Shown piece by piece: positions 52,926-64,000 of a stretch of DNA of 64,000 nucleotides. The notes beneath the pieces were generated by a model. That model worked only from the letters and a program-made list of their open reading frames with translations, did no database searches and was not told the DNA's origin. The DNA comes from Gordius albopunctatus (taxonomy: Eukaryota), in NCBI GenBank assembly GCA_964276515.1, contig OZ193909.1:16430001-16494000 (forward strand), in the 5' to 3' direction. The translations under genes were made by a program, and so were the position numbers. Positions within the stretch are counted from its first letter, which is position 1; the number at the start of each line of letters is the position of its first letter.

Positions 52926-53402
52926 CTCGGGCCTTCGGCCCTCGTGGGAAGGAGGAGGGGAAGGGAAGGGGGAACGAAACTCATCTATACTCCGTATAAA
53001 AGTAGCATATTTGCTATGCAATTTATGGGCGAGAAAGGTGGGAAGGGACGAGAATGCCTATAGGGGGGGTATTAAATGCAAAATGATTAGTTAATTATTT
53101 ATAGGCCCTTGTAGGGGAGGGCATATGGTAATTATCAATGTTAACCCCTAATATACCAATTCAAAAACGAAAAAAAAATCGATTTATTTTGCCAATGGTC
53201 ATTTTTTCCATTGGTCAGCAGCCAGCGGACGGCCAAAAAGTCATATTATAAATGGTATTAACAAGGACAAAATATTAATTTAATTTAAAAAAAAATTCGT
53301 CCTCTCCCGGGATTGAACTCGAACCTCCAGGTCAGGAAGCTGGTGTAAATAACTTGCAGACATCGAACAAACAATTAAAAACGAGCCCATAAATTGCATA
53401 GC
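52926..53402 (-). mobile_element. Short DINE-1/HINE-like element with both ends
   Basis: Hairpin gggccttcggccc and both subTIRs. Confidence 0.8.
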
Positions 53403-53740
53403 TGTGGTGTTTGTAGTGTACTTAAAGTTTTTTTATTACTTCTTTTATTCCCCCCCCCACACACACATACTTGTACACGTTTCGTTTATGAGATTCATAT
53501 TATTTGTAGTAACGCGATAATAAAAATAGATATTTTAATTACCCGGCCTTGTCGATTTTTAATTACCATGATTTAGTGATATTTATTTTTTACTACACAA
53601 TTTTATTTTCGCTTTTCGCTTACAGAATATATATATATATATATATTGCGAAAATGTAACCCCTCAGAAGAGAGAACTTAATAAACTTATTTCGCGGATC
53701 CATAAATATTAAAGAAATAAATTCATTCTATAATTACAAA

Positions 53741-55255
53741 CTCGGGCCTTCGGCCCTCGTGGGAAGGGGGAAGGGGAGGAGGGGAGGGAAGGGGGAACTC
53801 ATCTACACTCCGTATAAATGTATCATATTTGCTATGCAATTTATGGAAATACTTACGTGAATATTGCAAAACGAAGGTTGGAAGCACTAAATAAGTGTAT
53901 ATGCCAAATATCATAAAGGGGGAGAGAGGGAGCGAAGGGGAAGCTTTATGGTTAGTTAAATTCTACGGGAAACAGTTGTATTACCAAAAAGTCATAATAT
54001 CAATGGTAGGAACAGGAACAATCATAATAGTCAAAAAAAAACGGAAAAAATAATTTCGATTCACATTTTGGCCAATGGTCATTTTTTTCCATTGTTCAGC
54101 AGCCAGGACCCGGTAAAAGTGGATATAAATTCATAACAGTCAAAAAAAAAGGAAAAAATAATTTTCGAATCACATTTTGGCCAATGGTCATTTTATTCCA
54201 TTGGTCAGCAGCCAGCGGACGGCCAAAAAGTCATAATAGCAATGGTAGGAACAGGAACAATCATAAGAGTCAAAAAAAACGAAAAAATAAACTCGGATAC
54301 ACATTTTGGCCAATGGTCATTTTATTCCATTGGTCAGCAGCCAGCGGACGGCCAAAAAGTCATAATAGCAATGGTAGGAACAGGAACAATCATAATATTA
54401 AAAAAAAACGAAAAAATAAACTCGGATACACATTTTGGCCAATGGTCATTTTTTTCATTGGTCAGCAGCCAGCGGACGGCCAAAAAGTCTTATTATCAAT
54501 GGTATTAACAAGAACAAAATATTAAATTAATTAAAAAAATAAAAATTTTGCCCTCTCCGGGATTCGAACCCACATTAAATAGAGGCATAAGCCTTTGGAG
54601 GGGAACAGGGAACCATATAAATAGAGCCATAGGCCCTTGTAGGGGAGGGCATAGGGTAATTATCAATGTTAAACTATTCAAAAACGAAAAATTAAAAATT
54701 TCGATTTATCTGGCCAGTGGTCATTTTTTCATTGGTCAGTAGCCTGCGGACGGTCAAAAATTCATATTATCAATGGTATTAACAAGAACAATATATTAAT
54801 TTAATTTAAAAAAAAATAAAAATTTTTGTCCTCTCCGGGTCTCGAACCATCAATTTAGAACGTTCGCCGGGATTCAAACCCACATTAAATAGAGGCATAA
54901 GCCTTTGGAGGGGAACAGGGAACCATATAAATAGAGCCATAGGCCCTTGTAGGGGAGGGCATAGGGTAATTATCAATGTTAAACTATTCAAAAACGAAAA
55001 ATTAAAAATTTCGATTTATCTGGCCAGTGGTTATTTTTTCATTGGTCAGTAGCCTGCGGACGGTCAAAAAGTCATATTATCAATGGTATTAACAAGAACA
55101 AAATATTAATTTAATTAAAAAAAAAAATTTGTCCTCTCCGGGTCTCGAACCCGCAACCTCCAGGTCGGGAAGCTGGTGTAAATAACTTGGTGGACGACGG
55201 ACGGACGGACGGACGACGGACAACCAAAAACGAGCCCATAAATTGCATAGCAATT
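53741..55255 (-). mobile_element. Long DINE-1/HINE-like element with 120-bp and 310-bp internal tandem units
   Basis: Hairpin end, both subTIRs, (GGAC)n, period-120 repeats at about 54170-54520 and a period-310 duplication at about 54550-55140. Confidence 0.85.
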
Positions 55256-57279
55256 AAAAATAAATGTGAGGCCTCGAAAATATTCTTCAATTTGGACTCT
55301 AAATCAATAGAGCCTTTAGTTATCTATTTTTGGAAATATAAAAATAGCAATTAATTATAACATTAAAAATTCAATAAATACATATGCACAATGAGATGAA
55401 ATAATTGGCATGTGAATTTAATTAGGTGTTATTTAAAAATTAAATTAACTATTGAATATTTTTTTGAAGGTAAAAATGTATTATTAGTATAATATAATTT
55501 CTTGAACCCAAACCCAGTTCCTTAAACCCGAACACGAACCCGATTTCAAAATTTATGCCAAACTCGAACACGAACCCGATTTTATTTTGGGCGGGTTCAA
55601 ACCCCTGATTTGATGGAGAAAAAATCGTGAATTTTCATTTTGCAGGTGATCAATTGAAAAGGGAAAAAGACAATAATGGTTCATAGTATTTTGGTCGAAA
55701 TTTAATTCAAAAACGGAAAATAATATTTACTTAATTTATAATTAAAAATAAATTAATACGTGTTTTACTTAGTCATTTATTGTAACTATAAAATAAAAAC
55801 TTTGAATCTAAAATTTTTTTTTATAAAATTTCTTTTTTAATTTTTGCCAAAGAAGGGGGGAGAACCCCTCTTATTTACGCCACTGCTCGTCACAAATTTA
55901 ATCACATTTTCATAGACATTTAGTATAGCTTATTTCGTGTGCAAATTATCTTATTAAAACGTAAATGAACAAAGTTTTGTTATAATAGTTATTTAAAAAA
56001 AGATAGTACTGATTTAATTGCTTCCCTAATAACAAATAAATCGCATTGTTTGAACGATTTACCCTAGAAAACGGAAAATAATTATTTTTATAAATGAGCT
56101 CTATCTGCTTCAAAAGATTCCACTTGATTATATATGGGTATTTAGATTTTATTATAAAACTGCATACCACTCTCACAACCTTTAGCCTCCAAGTCTTCAA
56201 ATTTATTTAAAAAAATAGGGAGACAAATTACTATCGCGACTTCTTTTTAAAAGACAGAATAGGCATTACTATTTGTAAATTTAATTCAATTGCAATATCG
56301 GAAATCGAAATGTTTTCCAGCAATTTTTAATATACTTAACTTTTTTATTTATTTTATTCATCCTCACAAAATATGTATTCTTACCATAATAAATTAAATT
56401 AAAACATTTTTTATTTATCTCAAAATAATTATAAAACTAGGGCCGTTTTGGTACATTTGCCTATTTTGGGGTATTGCTTTTTACTAAACTCATCCATACT
56501 CCGTATAAACGTAGCACATTTGCTATGCAATTTATGGGCGAGAATGCCTATGGGGGAGTGGGCAATGGTCAAGCAGGGAGTCAGATAATACTCTTACAAC
56601 GTTATAATTGTTTTTTTAATATCTTATTTTCACATTAATAATTTACCTCAATAAATAAAATAATAATAAATGTTTTATAGCAGCTTATTATTACAAAAAT
56701 TTAGATTTTTAAATAGTTTTATGCAAAAAAATTAAGTTATCATTTTGCGATACTTCATTTTGAGGAATAGGTTTTCTTTCATTCATTCTTTATGATAAGG
56801 GAACCTAGTTTTTATTACCTTATATAAAATTCTAAACTAAGCAAAAAATTATTATTTATGGCGAAGGGAACGCAAATAGAGTGTATGACCTTGGAAAAGC
56901 CAATACAGCTTTAAATTGAGAGTTAAAACAGTTTAAATAATTATTTTTATACTTTATAAATTTAAAAAATTTTAATGTAGGTGACCCATAATTTGAATTA
57001 CTCTAGTCAAATCATGCCATATGTATTATAGTATAAACAAGAAAGCAATAATGAAATCGTAACATTTTACCTAATCCAGCGAGTAGAATGGATTATGACG
57101 GTGCGAATATTAGTTGCGACGGTGAAATGAAGTGAAAAATTTGCGCTATATTTGGGGTTATAGCGGTTTTAGAAAGCAAAAAGGGACGGGGCAAATCAAT
57201 TTATAAAACACTATGTATATAAAGAACCTTGTAAGGGGTGTATGGTGCGTGGAGACGTGGGAAAGAAATTATATAAGGC

Positions 57280-57745
57280 CGTTCAGCAGGTCAAAAAACG
57301 TCTAAATACATAAGGGCCAAATATTAAAAGAACGAAAAAATTGGATATAAACTTCGGCCAGTGGTGATTTTTTCGAATGTTCAGCAGTCAGCAGGTCAAA
57401 AAGCGTCTAAATACATAAGGGCCAAATATTAAAAGAACGAAAAAAAAATGATATACACTTTAGCCAGGGGTCATTTTTCTAATGGTCAGCAGAGGGCAAA
57501 ATAGCTAGCCTAATCTAGAAAAAAAAATTCGATTTTGATCGCACTTTGGTTAGTGGTCATTTTTTCTAATGGTCAGCAGTCAGAAGGTCAAAAGGGTCTA
57601 AATACATAAGAGCCAAATATTAAAAAACGAAAAGATTTTTCAATACGACTTTGGCCAGTGGTTATTTTTTCATTGGTCAATAGCCAGCAAATGGCCAAAT
57701 AGCCTATATTTTTAATCTTATTAACAAGAACAATATATTATCAAT
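57280..57745 (-). repeat. Diverged tandem array of HINE internal modules
   Basis: Repeated ggccagtggt...ggtcagcag...taaatacataag units without termini. Confidence 0.6.
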
Positions 57746-59871
57746 GCAAAATTTAAGTTACGAACAAAAAGAAATTCACAAAGCAGAAAATATATGATTT
57801 GGCTTCGCTCGGGTCCTTATTTTCGATTATTAATATATTTGGATTTTTCTTTACTTCCCAAACATTTCACAAAAAACTCGATTTAACAAAAATAACTTCA
57901 GAAATTTTTAAGTTGACATAATTTAAAGTTTATAAATTGGTAGTTCTAGACATGGGGCGACTCAATGAAGGGCCAAATGTTTCTTTAAATTTTAATCATT
58001 TTTGCTTAAATTAATAGAAACCCCTCCCCTGGTAACAACCATGGCTTTAAAAATAATATTAGGGTTATTTGAAATAGGTTTCTACAACCGACAGATTTAA
58101 ATCTAGCACAATCTTAAAAAATTGCATAGCAATTAATTGACAAATTTAAAGAAAAACACTAAAAATAGTGGTAAGCCCGTTTTTTATTTTATTGTTTTAA
58201 CCATACCTATAACATACTTTTAATTGTTTATCATATCAATCTAAAACAGTGGCTTAGGTAGCATTTTTCGCTTGGGGGGGCGAACCTAAATTTTACACCA
58301 GTTAGAAGGGATCAATGACGATTTATTCCTTTGTGTAAGTTCTTTTTCAAAACTCACTTAAACTCATACCTTTTTAAGTCCATATCAATATTAGGTTTAA
58401 ATCTTCCCTCTTTCGTTTTTGACTTTCACATGAGCATGCGAATGAAGAATTTTATAGTCAGTGTTATTATTTATTACATTTTGACTAATATGAAATAATT
58501 TTCAATCTTTTTAAAATAAAAAGGACGAAAGAGCAAAGCAAATCTCTGAGATATAATTAATTTAATACCATTGATATCTTGATGAATTAATCGATCAATT
58601 TCGCGCAATTAGTAGTAATGTCTACGTGATAAGGTCACCATCAACAGAACACTAACTTATTTTTTGGCTCGAGGAAGTACGGCTGTTTATTAAGGATTTT
58701 GTATAATGCCATTTGCCAAGTCGTAATTAATACAATTTATTGGCTCCTCAGCTGGACATTTTTCACATGCCATGGCCTTTGTTACGAGTATTTAGAAATA
58801 AAAAAATATTTAGTGCGTCATATTCATAATTTACTAACTTCAAAAATTTCACATAAATTTATTTTTGCTTTAGAATAAGGATAAATTCATGGGATGTTAA
58901 TATAAATTCCAATCTCTAAAATACAACAATTTAATATATTTTTTTATTTTTCAAGTAATGAGTAAAACATTAAGGTTAAGATATCAAAAACCTAAATTTG
59001 TTTCATTTGGCCTAAATTAATTTTAGGGGATAGTGTTTTTGACTTTTAAAAAGTGAAACCAAGGATCACGTATGATTTCGCACATTTTATATATTTTTCA
59101 TTCTGTGGGGATAACTTAGATTGTGGCCATTTCGAGATACCTATAAAAATTGATTAAAAACCATTACAGAAGAGTCAGGGGACGCGCAGGTCTAAATTAA
59201 AATTGGCTAAGGTCGTGGCCTTCTAAACACATTCTAAGATCCCTACTCCATATAACTCTTCCTCATACCCCCCCCCCCTTTCACTCAAACTATTTTCGCG
59301 AAACAGGGAAGAACAAGGTCTTTTGTGTCGTCTATCTCTTTCTATTTCTTGACAGACCTTGAGGGGGGAGGGGAGGGGAGGGGTAAGAGGTAGGTAGGTT
59401 AAAAAAGTTTATATTAACCAGGGACGACGCGTCCTTTTGTATACAAGCAGTGTTATACTTATGATGGCACATAAATGAAAAGCAGGGGGGAGAGGGTGGT
59501 TTGTGCCAATTGGCTTTAAGCCAATATATTTTTCTTGCACAGAAGGGTATGTTGGGAGGGGTTAGAGAAGTGTTGATTTATCGATATATTTTTTAATTGT
59601 ATTTTTTAATATACCTATGATACGAATGTATGCGACCGATGATTAAACTTAAATCGTTATTTTACTTAAATCAGCAATGAAACAAAGTTACAATACAGTT
59701 TGTTTAATTTTGTAAAAAAAGGCTAATTTGCTTACATTACACCTTCTTCATCTCCATTTATTTGACGGTGTTGTGTTGCTTAATTCAATACCAAATCTTT
59801 CTTTTATTCGTGGTGGTTATTATAAAGTATACGTCCATTGTCAAAAAATGGAATCAATTAATCTGTATTAA

Positions 59872-60685
<814 letters not shown>

Positions 60686-63039
60686 AGGCCATATATTATC
60701 ATTCTCTAATCAATTTATTGCAATATAGCTAGTAAAGCATTTGAATAGATCCAACCTATATCATTATTTTGACATGAAAAATACAAGTATGAAAGGTTTT
60801 TAAAGATTAGATGTCTACCAAATCTGAATACATAATTATACTATTTTATATCCCTCCTGAACTTGTTCTTTTAAAGTTCCTTGGATTATTTGGACGTATA
60901 ATGGATGTTTACATTATTATTTAAAATTATACCTTATATGTGCCCCTATAGATCAGACTGAATAATGCATTTTAAATTGCTTAGTTTTATAGAATGTTTT
61001 CCATAATACATTTTGATAAATTATACATGATGTTTGATATTATTAATAAGAACATCTGCCTTAAAAATGCAATATTTAATGACACAGCATATTGTAATAT
61101 TTAAAATTGTATGATAGCAACAAATAAACTCAATAAAAATACAGAATTAATTTAAGAATTTTTAACAAGAGAATAACCAGGATTTGATCTAGGGAGTGGG
61201 GTAAAGATTTGTAATGATTTATGGAAAGGCTAGATAATAATAAATCTATGTTTTAAATGATTTGCCTTTTGGTAACTGTTTAAGTTGGTATTGGTATATA
61301 TCTTTTTCGCACTTAAATAATAACAATTTAAAACTTGATGTGCATTCTTATGACAAGATCAGGGGTAATCTCAAAAATTGTAGTGGGAGCTAGCATGGGC
61401 GTAGCCAAGGCGGGACAGGGTGGGGCGGCTGCCCCCCTATAATTCCAATGCTGACTTCGCCAATGGCGGCTGGCACAATTTTTCATAAATCCGACAATTG
61501 ATATATCAATAAAACAGGTTTTTAAATCTTTATAAGTGGTATCACCAATTCCTTTAAAAAAGACCCTGAGTAGGGAAGGCCGGGGCTATATGTTTACCGG
61601 GCTCATACACGTCCTCTCAAATAATTTTGTTATTTATATTTATTTTTCTCTCAAAAGTCAAAATTAAGCATAAAGATATTTCGGGGCTAAAGCTACCTTT
61701 TTCCAATTTTGAAAATTACTCAAAACGACGTAGTGTTGTAAAAACGGTTGGGGTTTGTTGGTCGATCTGTGGTTTTAGTCGACTAAACAGACCAAAGGTT
61801 TGACCAAATAAACTATGGGCCCTTTATGCGATTAAGGAAAATAGACGCAAAAGCCTTTGTTTGTTCACATGTGCCCCCCCCCCCTAATTTACGAGAAAAA
61901 AATTTCAATGCGAAAACATTGAAAAATTAAAAAAAAATTATGTTTTGCCCCCCTCTAAATGAACTTTTAAACGTTTTGCCCCCCCCCCTAATTCAAAACC
62001 TGGGTACGCCCATGTTTGTTTATTTGTTTAACGACTAAAACCAAAGGTTTACCAAAGAAAATCCAGCCCTTTTTACAACATTCATAAAAAGAATCGCCCT
62101 TTTCATATTGTGTAAATAAATAATTTTGAAGAATTTAATGATCTTTAAACCCAACTTCGAGTTAAATGATCATTCTGTAGCTATCGAGAGCGGGTCTATC
62201 GTTTACTTTTACTCATTCATTATTTAAGCTTGGGGTATATGTTAAGTGCTATCAAAAACTAAAGACAATAACTGAAATAATATCAGCCTAAAGGAGTTAA
62301 ACAAACATTTTTTTTTCAAAAAACTAAAGACAATAACTGAAATAATATCAGCCTAAAGGAGTTAAACAAACAAATTTAAGTTCACATTTATTTAATTATA
62401 AATTCGTATAAAATTTTATAAAACAATAAGTTTTTCATGTTTTAGCAATTTAAACACATGCGCGCGCTTAAGTTATTTACACATTTTAGACTTTAAAGGA
62501 GAGGACATCGTGTCCTAATTTGAAGGACACGTTGACCCCAGTTTTTTGTTGAAAGTTAAAGGAGTAGTTTTTTTGAGAATCTGTTATAAAAATATATCAA
62601 CTCTGTCATGGGCGTACGCAGGTTTTAAATTAGGGGGGGGGGCAGATTTAAAAAAAATTTCGCGACTATCCAAAAATTTTCCTGAGAGCAAAAAAACTCT
62701 GTTGCTATAGTATTTTACCCTCTAATAAACATTGTAGACAAGAACATATTTGTAGAAAAAGTATATGATCGTTTAAAACTTTTGTCTAGGCCTTTTTGAT
62801 TTTCAATGGCCGAGACAGCCCTTGTCTCCCCTACACATTAAAAATTTTAGACAAGGAGGTGGATTTTAGATCAGGTTGTCTTAAATATATAATATTGTCC
62901 TTTCATCGCTTATAATATTTTTAAGCCATAATTTAATATTTTGCATTTACTTTCGTAAAGACTTGTTGCCATTAATTTATAATAAATAATCAATTAAAAA
63001 ATAAAGAGGGTAGTAAAAAAGTTTACATTAAGTTATGCT

Positions 63040-63560
63040 ATCTTCTTCTTTGTCAGTTATTTGGTCCCATATTCGTGGGGTTTGTTTTTATAAGTTTCTT
63101 CCATATTTACTGTGTGAGTGCCATGCCACGTGACACGGAGTCGTCCTTTTCCTCTCTTCCCCGGTACCTCCATGTCCAGTACTTTTCGATTTACGTCATC
63201 CGTGTCATTTCTTAGTATATGCTTATACCACCTTAGCCGATTTTAGTTGCCATAGGTTAAATACCCATTTTTGGCATGAGAAAGTCATTCGTCATATGGT
63301 CGAGCTTAGTATAATATCCCAAGCTCCACCGTATCATTCTCATCTCTGTGGCTTGTAATAGCTTTCTTTCCGTGGTGTTTAATGCCCATGTTTGATTTCC
63401 ATAGAGTAACACCGGTGTAGTGTGTCAGCAGCCAGCGTGGTAACTCCAAACACCCCTTATGATTGGGTAAAGGGATGATAAATGGCTTTTTCACACTCTC
63501 TCCCTCCAATGGGATTGGTTAGAGGCGTGATTGATGAGATTTTTTGAAAGAATTTTAGCT
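63040..63560 (-). mobile_element. RTE LINE 3' remnant
   Basis: RLRWYKHILR...GTGKRGKGRLRVTW, with a (GAA)n tail. Confidence 0.65.
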
Positions 63561-64000
63561 CGTATTAACACCCAGCGTTCATCGTGTTACTACTGAGAAA
63601 TTGTTCTAAGTAGGCAATAAATCATTCCTCCCTTATACTAAAATTTAACTACCCAAAAAGCACATTATCAATTTTTTGCATACTAAAATTAGCATTATTC
63701 TCTTTATAACTTATAATAAATTTGTCTGTTTTTACAAATATTTATTTATTTTTATAAGGGGGCCAGGGGGCTTACCCTAAGTTCCCAGCTTTATAAAAAT
63801 TCATAAATATATATGTAATATTTAATTATATATAATAACAACAATAAACTCAAATAAATAAATAATTTGTCTATATTATATACAAATGTATAAAACTTTA
63901 ATATTATAACCAAAATGTTAGTCTAGTCTAAACTTAATTTATTAAAAACAATAAACATAACGCCTAAAAATAGCAAAAATTGACATTGACAGCTCATATT

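Larger units (their letters stand above)
52484..55607. mobile_element. hAT element with aacccg subterminal repeats, hosting two HINE copies
   Basis: CAAGGATTTG...CAAACCCCTG termini, TSD attttatg/atttgatg. Confidence 0.7.

Noticed and set aside
54549..54651. Functional tRNA genes at GGTTCGAATCCC sites
   Set aside because: No D-arm/A-box or anticodon arm can be folded, and the sites are embedded in a repeat family. Reported as tRNA-like cassettes only.
59610..59840. Gene divergent from UBALD on the minus strand
   Set aside because: Splice-like signals exist, but no coherent ATG-initiated exon chain or known motif was found.

Overview
AT-rich, transposon-dense eukaryotic (invertebrate-like) DNA with very short spliceosomal introns (42-54 nt), so the ORF track misses most real genes. 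Manual GT-AG splicing recovers five host genes: (1) the last exon of cysteinyl-tRNA synthetase (586-708, +); (2) a complete 17-exon, 728-aa, apparently secreted M13/neprilysin-family metallopeptidase (1531-21082, -); (3) a 7-exon micro-exon gene (9626-11017, +), nested antisense in the peptidase's largest intron, encoding a 119-aa prepropeptide with signal peptide, KR site, 4-Cys domain, G-RRKRK amidation/cleavage site and acidic tail; (4) an intronless, divergent class-A peptide-receptor-like GPCR (27960-29198, +); (5) a 3-exon UBALD/FAM100 gene (59878-60685, +). The rest is mostly mobile DNA. A young intact Ty3/Gypsy element sits inside a hAT element inside a dead Helitron. There are many hAT MITE families with 8-bp TSDs, RTE LINE remnants and a solo LTR upstream of the GPCR. 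An abundant DINE-1/HINE-like (Helentron-associated) family carries modular arrays that include tRNA-like, B-box-containing cassettes. No CRISPR, rRNA or bona fide tRNA genes were seen. All family assignments are from motif recognition, not database searches.
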